In this document: piece after piece, positions 36,717 through 45,223 of the stretch
Layout: every line of letters begins with the position of its first letter
Numbering within the stretch: the stretch's first letter is position 1
DNA from: an uncultured Bifidobacteriaceae bacterium
Lineage (GTDB): Bacteria > Bacteroidota > Bacteroidia > Cytophagales > UBA9547
Assembly: GCA_964572965.1 (NCBI GenBank)
Contig: CAZNHL010000003.1
Coordinates: forward strand, 10,492 to 74,491
Direction of reading: 5' to 3'
DNA length: 64,000 nt
Notes under the pieces: model-generated
The model's database searches: none
Told to the model about the DNA's origin: nothing
Seen by the model: only the letters and a program-made list of their open reading frames with translations
Program-made: the position numbers and the translations under genes

Positions 36717-37521
36717 TATATAGGTTGTAAAATGTTTCTGAATGGTTTTCAACTGGTTCTTCGCAGCAAATATCCAGAACTTTTTTACTTTCAACTTCAG
36801 TGAATAACTTTCCAATTTTATCGCTTAATTCAGATTGACCTTTGATCACGGCATCTGCATAGTGCATTCCGATTTTAATGAAGCCGTCAAAGTCAGCAGT
36901 AGCAAGGTGCTTTAGCATACTGTCCTCGATGTCCATCATTTTTACCTTATTGTTCAGTTGGTCGGAAGTGAACTTGTGATCAAAACTACTGTTATAAACG
37001 GAGAATACCGACTTGGTATTTTTGAACATCGGATCATTTTTATAAGTACTCTTTAAATAAAGAGGAATCAGACTTGTCATCCAGTCGTTACAATGGATAA
37101 TGTCTGGTGACCATCCAAGTTTTTTGATAGTTTCGATTACACCTTTACAGAAGAAGATTGCTCTTTCATCATTGTCAGCATAAAAATTATCTTCTTTATC
37201 GTGGAATACAGATTTTCTATGGAAATAGTCATCGTTATCGATAAAGTATACCTGTAGTTTTGCATTAGGCATAGAGGCTACCTTTATAATCAAAGGCTTC
37301 TCTTCTTCTCCAACAGAAATGTTAATCCCGGAAAGACGTACTACTTCGTGTAGTTTGTTTTTTCTTTCATTGATCAAACCAAAGCGTGGAATCAGAATTC
37401 TGATCTCCATACCTTTCTCTTGCATTGCCTGTGGCAACTTTCTCAAAAACTCAGCAACTTGTGTTGTTTGTAGGAAAGGATTGATTTCACTCGCCGCGTA
37501 TAGAATTCTCAGCTTGGACAT
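36700..37521 (-). CDS. Short glycogen/starch-synthase-like protein (GT5 N-terminal domain only)
   Basis: 273 aa. It resembles the N-terminal Rossmann half of GlgA (MSKLRILYAASEINPF...IHCNDWMTSLIPLYLK). It ends where the C-terminal GT-B half would begin and lacks the KxGGL motif. Confidence 0.75.
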   Translation of the reverse strand: MSKLRILYAASEINPFLQTTQVAEFLRKLPQAMQEKGMEIRILIPRFGLINERKNKLHEVVRLSGINISVGEEEKPLIIKVASMPNAKLQVYFIDNDDYFHRKSVFHDKEDNFYADNDERAIFFCKGVIETIKKLGWSPDIIHCNDWMTSLIPLYLKSTYKNDPMFKNTKSVFSVYNSSFDHKFTSDQLNNKVKMMDIEDSMLKHLATADFDGFIKIGMHYADAVIKGQSELSDKIGKLFTEVESKKVLDICCEEPVENHSETFYNLYNELVG

Positions 37522-37662
37522 ATTGACGATGAGAGGTTGTTAATTCTTGTTTCCCCAAAACAATGGGCTTTACAAAATTACTTTTTTTTCGCCTAAAGTC
37601 CATGATATTTATATTAAAAATGTAGTTTTGAGGCAATTTTGCAAAAGACTACCCCAACTCGA

Positions 37663-38502
37663 ATGCTGGTTTTTCAAACAATTGCCGACGTAAAGGCATA
37701 TTTAGCTGCTCAAAAACATGCCGGTAAAACTGTCGGATTAGTACCTACAATGGGTGCTTTGCATGCAGGACATATCTCTTTAGTAAAACAAGCACTTCAA
37801 AAAAATGAATGTGTTATTGCTTCGATTTTTGTCAATCCTACACAGTTTAATAATGCTGTTGATCTTGAAAAATATCCGAGAACAATAGAAAAAGACACCC
37901 AAATGCTTTTGGAGGCTGGCTGTTCCGCATTATTTGTCCCGACAGTAAAAGAAGTATATCCGGAGCTTCCTCAGGTAAAGTTTAGTTTTGGGAATCTGGA
38001 AACGGTAATGGAGGGCGCTTTCCGGCCGGGGCATTTTAACGGAGTAGGCATTGTGGTCTCAAAGCTCTTTAATATTGTTCAGCCCCATGATGCTTATTTC
38101 GGACAGAAAGATTTACAGCAGTTTGCTGTGATTAATCAGATGACAAAAGACTTGTCTTTTGATATTAATCTGCATCGCTGTCCCATTTTGCGGGAAAGTG
38201 ACGGTCTCGCTATGTCTTCAAGGAATCAGCGGCTGAATCCGGAAGAACGTCTTGTTGCAAAAGAGCTTTATCATGTTTTGACTCAGGCTGTAGGAAAGCT
38301 GGCGACTGAAAAATGGGACATAATTTTAGCGGAAGCAAAAGAATACCTTATGCAATTTCCTTTGATAAGGCTTGAATATATGGAAATAGCAAATGCAGAT
38401 ACATTGCAGCCGGCCGGGAGTGTTGCAACGGCAGGTGACAGGGCAATTTGTATTGCAGCGTTTGTGGGTGAAGTAAGGCTTATAGATAACATAATTGTGT
38501 GA
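37663..38502 (+). CDS. panC: Pantoate--beta-alanine ligase
   Basis: It has VPTMGALHAGH (HxGH), FVNPTQF and GQKDLQQ. The track start at 37639 is TTG; the ATG at 37663 aligns with typical PanC N-termini. Confidence 0.9.
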   Translation: MLVFQTIADVKAYLAAQKHAGKTVGLVPTMGALHAGHISLVKQALQKNECVIASIFVNPTQFNNAVDLEKYPRTIEKDTQMLLEAGCSALFVPTVKEVYPELPQVKFSFGNLETVMEGAFRPGHFNGVGIVVSKLFNIVQPHDAYFGQKDLQQFAVINQMTKDLSFDINLHRCPILRESDGLAMSSRNQRLNPEERLVAKELYHVLTQAVGKLATEKWDIILAEAKEYLMQFPLIRLEYMEIANADTLQPAGSVATAGDRAICIAAFVGEVRLIDNIIV

Positions 38503-38650
38503 TATCTGTAAGTAATTGTACAATGTAAGTTTCCTTTTTAATTAATTCTAAATTAATGCAGAATTTAAATGCATTTTGTATTTAAATTAGTGCGTCCGAA
38601 TTGCTCACTTTTAAAAAACTGTTTTGTATTAAACTTTTAAAAAAATAATA

Positions 38651-40171
38651 ATGAAAAAGTGGTATAAAAAAGCCATCATAGCCTGTATTGGGTTATTCAG
38701 CTTATCTTTAACAGCTCATGCCCAATCGGCGGAAAGGAAATGGGGACTTGGATTCAATGTTGGTGCAAGAGATTCCCAAACTGATGTTGGTAACCAGATT
38801 TTATTTCAAGGCTTCGACAATCCATATTTTGTATGGGGTACTTATTTAGGCAGGTATTTAAATTCTTCTTTTGACCTTACAGGAAATGTGAACGGTGGTA
38901 TGCTGGGCTATCGGTATTCCGGTCATCAGTACGGCAAGTTTACTGCAAAAGCAATAGATGCGTCTTTGATGATTAAGTATAAGTTCAACAATGGCTATTT
39001 TCTAAAAGAAGATGCCTTTTTTGCTCCTTATCTGACTGCAGGTATTGGTGGGTATCAGGCTTGGGACATTATCAACGAGGGTTATGTGCCTCAACAACAG
39101 GTTGATAATATGACCGTGCTTGACATTCCTTTCGGAATTGGTTTTAAATTCAGATTGTCCGAGACAACAAGTATTAACTTACAGTCAATTTACCACTATG
39201 GTTTTACAGACGAGCTTGATAATATCAAGAACGTGAATTCTGATAACGATGGTTGGTTACATACTTCTCTGGGTCTAGGCTTCAACCTTGGTAAATCAAA
39301 ACCAAAAGATGAAGATGGCGATGGCGTTATCGATAAAATAGATAAGTGTCCGGGTACAAGGCCAACCTTTAAAGTTGATATGTTTGGTTGTGACCTTGAT
39401 AGTGACGGCGATGGTATTGCTGATTCAGAAGATAATTGTCCTGATGAGGCTGGTTCTGCCAGACTGAGCGGTTGCCCTGATAAAGACGGTGATGGTATTA
39501 TAGATTCAAGAGACAGATGTCCGGATGTTGCCGGTCTTGAGAAGTTTAACGGTTGCCCTGATACTGACGGTGATGGTATTCAGGATTCTGAAGATAAATG
39601 TCCGAATGTAGCAGGTATAGCAGCCTTTGCAGGTTGTCCTGATACTGATGGCGATGGTGTTGAAGATGCATTGGATAAATGTCCGAATGCAGCAGGTAAG
39701 CCGGAAATGGCAGGCTGCCCTGATACTGATGGCGACGGTGTGAACGATGCTGATGATAAGTGTCCTACATTGGCCGGTACTATTGAAAACAGTGGTTGTC
39801 CTGTAGTGAACCAGGCAGTGCAGAAGCGTATAGCTGCTGCTGCTAAACAAATCAACTTTGAGACCGGAAGCGATGTACTTACTCAGGCATCTTATAAATC
39901 TCTTGACGTAATTGTTGCAGGTCTGGTAGCTGATTCGGCACTGAAAGCAGATATTAACGGACATACAGATAATGTAGGGGATGTTGTTAAAAACAAAGAG
40001 CTTTCTAAAAAACGTGCGGCTGCTGTTCAGAAGTATTTAGTAAGTAAAGGTGTAGGTGTTTCACGTCTGAAATCAGAAGGTTTCGGTTCAGAGCAACCTA
40101 TTGCCGATAATAAGACTGTGGCAGGAAAAGCTAAAAACAGAAGAGTGGAAGTTAAATTCCATTACGATTAA
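38651..40171 (+). CDS. OmpA-family outer-membrane protein with an N-terminal beta-barrel, thrombospondin type-3 (calcium-binding) repeats and a C-terminal OmpA domain
   Basis: The signal peptide ends LTAHAQ. The repeated motif is CPDTDGDGVxDxxDKCP. The C-terminal region GHTDNVG...SKKRAAAV...NRRVEV is an OmpA-like domain. Confidence 0.85.
   Translation: MKKWYKKAIIACIGLFSLSLTAHAQSAERKWGLGFNVGARDSQTDVGNQILFQGFDNPYFVWGTYLGRYLNSSFDLTGNVNGGMLGYRYSGHQYGKFTAKAIDASLMIKYKFNNGYFLKEDAFFAPYLTAGIGGYQAWDIINEGYVPQQQVDNMTVLDIPFGIGFKFRLSETTSINLQSIYHYGFTDELDNIKNVNSDNDGWLHTSLGLGFNLGKSKPKDEDGDGVIDKIDKCPGTRPTFKVDMFGCDLDSDGDGIADSEDNCPDEAGSARLSGCPDKDGDGIIDSRDRCPDVAGLEKFNGCPDTDGDGIQDSEDKCPNVAGIAAFAGCPDTDGDGVEDALDKCPNAAGKPEMAGCPDTDGDGVNDADDKCPTLAGTIENSGCPVVNQAVQKRIAAAAKQINFETGSDVLTQASYKSLDVIVAGLVADSALKADINGHTDNVGDVVKNKELSKKRAAAVQKYLVSKGVGVSRLKSEGFGSEQPIADNKTVAGKAKNRRVEVKFHYD
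39470..39793 (+). repeat. 4 x 81-bp in-frame tandem repeat (27-aa TSP3 units)
   Basis: Units start at 39470, 39551, 39632 and 39713, each beginning GG(T/C)TG(C/T)CCTGAT. More degenerate copies lie upstream from about 39305. Confidence 0.85.
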
Positions 40172-40195
40172 TAGCATTCTTTCCTGAGCTATATA

Positions 40196-40236
40196 AGCCT
40201 CTTGTTCCGCATTCATACGGGACAAGAGGCTTTTTA
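40196..40236 (+). terminator. Rho-independent terminator
   Basis: The stem GCCTCTTGT (40197-40205) with ACAAGAGGC (40222-40230) is followed by T5. Confidence 0.75.
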
Positions 40237-40528
40237 AATTGTGGAAACTCAGAGATTTGAGAAGATGCCAGGCGTTAGATATTAGAAAACAAATTGAACA
40301 GGTGAAACTATCCTGGAATCAACGAACACTTAAACCATTGCCGCTAGTATTGGATTGAATAGGGTGTAAAGTTGACAGGGAGCAATTAGACAAGTTCAAT
40401 TGTCATCATCAAACAAAAGATTTTTATTTATTTCCAGGAAGAGCGAATTCATTCTGTTCAGAATTTGGCGTTGGAATCTTCATACACGATAAATTTTTTA
40501 GTAATTTTACAGTATTCCAATTACTGAT

Positions 40529-40876
40529 ATGCAAATACAACTGTTAAAGTCTAAAATCCACCGTGTTAAGATTACTCAAGCGGAGCTGAATTATGTGGGG
40601 AGTATCACTATTGACGAGGATTTGTTGGATGCTGCCAATATGATTGAAAATGAGAAGGTGCAAGTACTCAATATTAACAATGGCGAGAGACTTGAAACTT
40701 ATGTCATTAAAGGCCCAAGAGGAAGCGGTGTTATTTGTATGAATGGTCCGGCAGCCCGTTTATGCCAGTTAGGTGATATCGTAATCATCATTTCTTATTG
40801 TACATTAGAATTTGAAGAAGCTAAAAAATACCAGCCTGTTGTAGTTTTTCCGAACGAGAATAATAGACTCGTATAG
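40529..40876 (+). CDS. panD: Aspartate 1-decarboxylase
   Basis: 115 aa. [12 protein letters not shown]...[10 protein letters not shown] contains the Gly-Ser self-cleavage site. Confidence 0.95.
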   Translation: MQIQLLKSKIHRVKITQAELNYVGSITIDEDLLDAANMIENEKVQVLNINNGERLETYVIKGPRGSGVICMNGPAARLCQLGDIVIIISYCTLEFEEAKKYQPVVVFPNENNRLV

Positions 40877-40877
40877 C

Positions 40878-41912
40878 ATGAAAGCTAAAGAAATACTTAA
40901 GTACATTTTTTCATTTATGCTGGCTTTTGGATTGATGTGGTATGTATACCGCGATCAGGACTTAAGTAAAATCTGGGAAGAAGCTAAAAAGACCAACCTG
41001 TTTTGGATTGGCCTTTCAGCGTTAGCGGCTGTGGCGGCACATTTGTCCAGGGCTTATCGCTGGAATATGTTGTTGAAACCTATGGGTTACCAGCCGTCAC
41101 TTCTATCTACATTTAATGCAGTAATGGTTGGTTATGCTGCAAATTTTGTGGTTCCCAGGATGGGTGAGGTAACTCGCTGTGGACTGCTTTACAGGTCTGA
41201 TAAAGTACCTTTTAACAATGCCTTCGGAACTGTTGTTGCCGAAAGGGTATTCGACCTGATTACCATGGCATCGCTGATGGGTCTGACTTTTTTGATAGAG
41301 TTTGACAGGCTCATGGTATTCACCCAGGACATGCTTTCAAGAGGCCCGCAGCAAGCTGATAACAATTCTAAGTTCTTCATTCTGGGAGGTATTGTCGGAG
41401 CTGTTGTCGTGATTGGTACTTTGGCATGGTTATTCAGAAAACAGCTGCTCAGCAATCCGCTAATCATTAAAGTCTTCGGGTTTCTTAAAGGCTTGGCAGA
41501 TGGAGTAATGAGCATCAAAAATGTAGAAAACAAATTCCTGTTTATCTTTCATTCACTTTTTATCTGGGGCATGTATTACTGCATGATGTACTTTGCATTA
41601 ATGGCCTTGCCTGAAACAAGTCACCTGACACCTGCTATCGGTTTGTCAATGTTGATGATCAGTAGCATGGGAATGATTATCCCGACTCCGGGCGGTATAG
41701 GGGCATACCATTACCTGGTCACTCAGGGCCTTGTTATGTATGGAGTAAGTGAGGCAAATGGTGCGATATTTGCAGGCATATCACATAGCTTGCAGATCCT
41801 GGAAATTGTAATGCTTACAGGGGCAACACTTATTTTAAGTTCAATATTTACCGGTAAAAAAGATAATGACACCATCGGCGCAAAAAATAATGACACTGCC
41901 ACAATTGCTTGA
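40878..41912 (+). CDS. Integral membrane protein, UPF0104 / lysylphosphatidylglycerol-synthase TM-region (flippase-like) family
   Basis: 344 aa with about 8 TM segments. The SRAYRWNMLL and VPRMGEVTRC contexts are typical of this family. Confidence 0.7.
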   Translation: MKAKEILKYIFSFMLAFGLMWYVYRDQDLSKIWEEAKKTNLFWIGLSALAAVAAHLSRAYRWNMLLKPMGYQPSLLSTFNAVMVGYAANFVVPRMGEVTRCGLLYRSDKVPFNNAFGTVVAERVFDLITMASLMGLTFLIEFDRLMVFTQDMLSRGPQQADNNSKFFILGGIVGAVVVIGTLAWLFRKQLLSNPLIIKVFGFLKGLADGVMSIKNVENKFLFIFHSLFIWGMYYCMMYFALMALPETSHLTPAIGLSMLMISSMGMIIPTPGGIGAYHYLVTQGLVMYGVSEANGAIFAGISHSLQILEIVMLTGATLILSSIFTGKKDNDTIGAKNNDTATIA

Positions 41913-42345
41913 GCAGGTTAAAAAGTGGAAATCAGCAGGAGATAAGATCGTTTTTACTAATGGTTGTTTTGATATTGTTCATCTGGGGCATGTAGATTAC
42001 CTTGAAAAATCGAGTCTGTTAGGTGATAAAATGATTCTTGGCCTGAATACAGATGCCTCTGTTAGTGCTATTAAACCTGGTCGTCCTATCACAAATGAAG
42101 AGTCTCGTTCACGTGTAATGGCATCACTGGGATTTGTAGATGCTGTCATTTTGTTCGGTGAAGAGACCCCTTATGAGCTTATTAAGGCAATAAACCCTGA
42201 CATTTTGGTAAAAGGTGACGATTATACTGTCGAGAACATTGTTGGCGCGGATATTGTTATGAAGAACGGAGGGGAAGTAAAAACAATATCACTTGTACAA
42301 GGTTACTCAACCACAAACGTTATCAATAAAATAAAACAACTATAA
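41866..42345 (+). CDS. D-glycero-beta-D-manno-heptose 1-phosphate adenylyltransferase-like cytidylyltransferase (stand-alone RfaE domain II)
   Basis: VFTNGCFDIVHLGHVDYL (HxGH) and the LVKGDDY context. The alternative ATG at 41890 is equally plausible. It overlaps the upstream gene. Confidence 0.85.
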   Translation: MTPSAQKIMTLPQLLEQVKKWKSAGDKIVFTNGCFDIVHLGHVDYLEKSSLLGDKMILGLNTDASVSAIKPGRPITNEESRSRVMASLGFVDAVILFGEETPYELIKAINPDILVKGDDYTVENIVGADIVMKNGGEVKTISLVQGYSTTNVINKIKQL

Positions 42346-42358
42346 ACCACAGCAAGCA

Positions 42359-43051
42359 ATGATTTTCATAATTGGTATTTTCTTTATGGGCCTCAGTTTA
42401 TTTGTAGGCTGGCGCCTGAAGTCTAAGTTTCAACAATATTCTCAAATTCCTTTGGCCTCCGGAATGAGCGGCAAAGATGTTGCGCAGCGTATGCTGAATG
42501 ACCACGGCATTTATGATGTTACTGTAGAATCAGTAGAAGGACATTTGTCTGACCATTATAACCCTGCGAACAAAACAGTAAATTTGAGCCCTGATGTATA
42601 TCATGGCCGTAATGCTGCTGCTGTTGCCGTTGCTGCCCACGAATGTGGTCATGCAGTGCAACATGCCACCGCTTACTCCATGCTGCAGTTGAGATCTGCG
42701 ATGGTGCCTATTCAGAATGTGAGTGCTACAGTAATGAATGTTGTGGTAATGGCAATGATATTCGGGAGTTTTGCGTTCTCGCATATGTTCCCAATGAAAT
42801 CAGTATTGCTGATTATTATCGGATGTAACCTTGTTATTACGCTTTTTGCTATGGTTACTTTACCGGTAGAATTTGATGCAAGTAGCCGGGCATTGGCTTG
42901 GATTCAGGAAAAACGTATTGTAACACCGGATGAATACGGTATGGCAAAAGATGCACTTAAATGGGCAGCTTTAACTTATGTAGTTGGTGCTTTGGCATCA
43001 CTGGCCAACTTGCTGTATTACATTATGCTGTTTACTAATTCGAGAGACTAA
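42359..43051 (+). CDS. Membrane zinc metallopeptidase (Zn_peptidase_2 / YpfJ-unrelated neutral metallopeptidase family)
   Basis: 230 aa with HECGHAVQH (HExxH) and several TM segments. Confidence 0.8.
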   Translation: MIFIIGIFFMGLSLFVGWRLKSKFQQYSQIPLASGMSGKDVAQRMLNDHGIYDVTVESVEGHLSDHYNPANKTVNLSPDVYHGRNAAAVAVAAHECGHAVQHATAYSMLQLRSAMVPIQNVSATVMNVVVMAMIFGSFAFSHMFPMKSVLLIIIGCNLVITLFAMVTLPVEFDASSRALAWIQEKRIVTPDEYGMAKDALKWAALTYVVGALASLANLLYYIMLFTNSRD

Positions 43052-43069
43052 GTTCTTGTAAATCATAAT

Positions 43070-43103
43070 AAAAAGGGTTGTTCAAATTGGACAACCCTTT
43101 TTA
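43070..43103 (+). terminator. Rho-independent terminator
   Basis: AAAAGGGTTGT (stem 43075-43081) with ACAACCC (43091-43097), followed by TTTTT. Confidence 0.7.
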
Positions 43104-43159
43104 TTTAGCCTCTTTTTTTATTTACTTTACGAAACATCTTTTTATTTCTTACTTATTTT

Positions 43160-44797
43160 ATGAAACGACCCGCTATTCTTGTATTCCTTTTATTAGTCTT
43201 ATGCTTTCAGGCTTTTTCACAAGTTTCTAAACTTACCTATTCAGAAGATTTCCCTGAACATAATGGCGCTTCTTTTATAAAACTACTCAAGAATGGAAAT
43301 ACTTTGCTATTGCAATGGAAAGAGGGAAGCTATATCAGCAAGATATATAATACTGAAAAGAAAAAAATCATTGAAGTAACGCAGGAAGTAACAGGCTTAG
43401 AGGGATCCTTCTTCATGCATGATGTTAAAGCGGTTTTAGAGCTTAATAACAATGAAATTGTTATATTTTTAGTGGCTGCTCCTAAGAGAAAAGTAGGCAG
43501 AGTGCCTGTTTTAATCCGTATTATTATTGACTCCCAAACCGGAAAGCTAAAAAAGTCGGAACAGATTTTCGAACAGGAGCCATTACCATCAGGAGCCGGG
43601 TATGCACTTGCATTTGGAGGTGTTGGAGCACCTGATTTCTGTATCAAGAAAGACCCTTTCAGCAATTACTATGCACTTGCTGTTCTGCGCACTTTCGCTA
43701 AAGAAATGAAAGACAGGATTCAGATCATTCACTATGATCCTGCACACACAGAAATCTCAAATACTTACTTAAAGATACCTGAAGGTTTTAATCAGATTGC
43801 ATTCAGAGATTTTGTGGTAAAAGGAGATAAATATGTAATTATGGTCACAGAGCCGTTTGTAAGAGAACACCACAGTGACGGAAATAAAATCTGGGTTTCT
43901 AAACTTACAAAAGGAAGTAAAGAATTTACCACGAAAGAATTCAAGTACGAACGCGTTTTTGATGAAGCTTTGTGCACACTGGACCAAGAACCGCAGTCGG
44001 ATAACATCTCTGCTGTCATGAGAATTTTACTCCCATCTACTCCCAAACAAAAAAATACAAGAATGTACGACGTTGGCATTTTGCCTATTAACGGCGAAAA
44101 GTTTGAGCTCGGGAAACTGACGCCAGTCAACTACGAAAAAGTATCAGCGCAGTACGCTACCTCAGTGAGTCAGACGAAAAACCCTGAACCATACAATGCA
44201 TTGGTTCAGGATTACTTATCAGATCAGGCAGGAAACAGAATCGTACTTTCTGAAAAAACAGAAATGATTACTGATTCACAAGGACTAAGCACCTGGCCTA
44301 GGCTGAGTGATATTGGTATTACAGCTGTTGGTAAAGATGGTAAAGAAGCATACGGCTTACATATTCCATATATAGCTTTTGTCAGAAGGAACGTAAATTC
44401 GATGATCTACTACCCTTACCGCTACAGTATTAATTATGGAACTTATACCAATTATACACTAGGTCCCGGATTTGTTGAACTGGTTGCTGGCAAGAAATTC
44501 AATTACGTATTCCTTAACGATACACAGAAAAACAGAGAGAAAACAATCAGCGATAAAATGACTGTTATTAACTCCTTTTCAAATTTGAACAGCTATTACT
44601 ACAAAATTGATAATAAGACAGGTGTCGTTACAAATGGCTTTTTGTTCGGAACTCCCGAAGGTGCTGAAACTACGAGGATTTGTTTCTTCGATAAGAGCGC
44701 ATTTAATGCAGAAACCGGTGAGTTTGCCGCTGTTTACCTTGACATCAACCCAAAAGGGAAAAAACATAGTGGTATTGTATGGTTCAAGCTGGATTAA
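43160..44797 (+). CDS. Hypothetical secreted protein (orphan)
   Basis: 545 aa. Signal peptide MKRPAILVFLLLVLCFQAFSQ. Beta-rich, with no motif recognised. Confidence 0.55.
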   Translation: MKRPAILVFLLLVLCFQAFSQVSKLTYSEDFPEHNGASFIKLLKNGNTLLLQWKEGSYISKIYNTEKKKIIEVTQEVTGLEGSFFMHDVKAVLELNNNEIVIFLVAAPKRKVGRVPVLIRIIIDSQTGKLKKSEQIFEQEPLPSGAGYALAFGGVGAPDFCIKKDPFSNYYALAVLRTFAKEMKDRIQIIHYDPAHTEISNTYLKIPEGFNQIAFRDFVVKGDKYVIMVTEPFVREHHSDGNKIWVSKLTKGSKEFTTKEFKYERVFDEALCTLDQEPQSDNISAVMRILLPSTPKQKNTRMYDVGILPINGEKFELGKLTPVNYEKVSAQYATSVSQTKNPEPYNALVQDYLSDQAGNRIVLSEKTEMITDSQGLSTWPRLSDIGITAVGKDGKEAYGLHIPYIAFVRRNVNSMIYYPYRYSINYGTYTNYTLGPGFVELVAGKKFNYVFLNDTQKNREKTISDKMTVINSFSNLNSYYYKIDNKTGVVTNGFLFGTPEGAETTRICFFDKSAFNAETGEFAAVYLDINPKGKKHSGIVWFKLD

Positions 44798-45223
44798 TAT
44801 TTTGGGCTCTACTCTAAAGTTTGAGTGTCAGGTCTTATAATTTGAATTACCTGGTCTACAACTTGATTGCTGTTGAACCCTCCAAGGCTTTAGTACTTAA
44901 TAACCAGATGTTTTGTACAACCATTTACTCCTTGGAGGGTTGAAAACAGTTAAACTTTAGACTATAGTTATTTGAATTTGGTACAGAATCCGAAGGATTC
45001 AGATTTCTTATTTTTACTTCACCAAGCTTGTGCATAACGGTTTTGAATATCAAATAGCTTTTAATTTTGACGGATGTTGTCTTGGGTCAAAAAGTGTAAC
45101 TGTAGTCCTTGTTAAATTTGTAATAAACCACAGTTTGTTTGGAGAGAACTGATTTGCGAAATTCTGCCTTATCTGCGGGAGAAACTTAAGAAGATTCATA
45201 GAAGCGGATAGCTATTTACAAAT

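Noticed and set aside
38562-38588. A 9-bp AT-only inverted repeat, AATTTAAAT-N9-ATTTAAATT, upstream of the OmpA/TSP3 gene.
   Set aside because: It is composed of TTTAAA palindromes in an AT-rich promoter region. Such repeats are expected by chance and would form a very weak structure.
39470-39793. Regular 81-bp tandem repeats, checked as a possible CRISPR array.
   Set aside because: The units are contiguous with no unique spacers. They are in frame within a CDS and encode a known calcium-binding motif, and no cas genes are present.
39506-39964. Two antisense ORFs (152 and 91 aa) over the TSP3 repeat region.
   Set aside because: They are an artefact of the repetitive GAT/GGT-rich coding repeats, which lack stops on the opposite strand. 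The sense frame encodes a well-supported OmpA/TSP3 protein.
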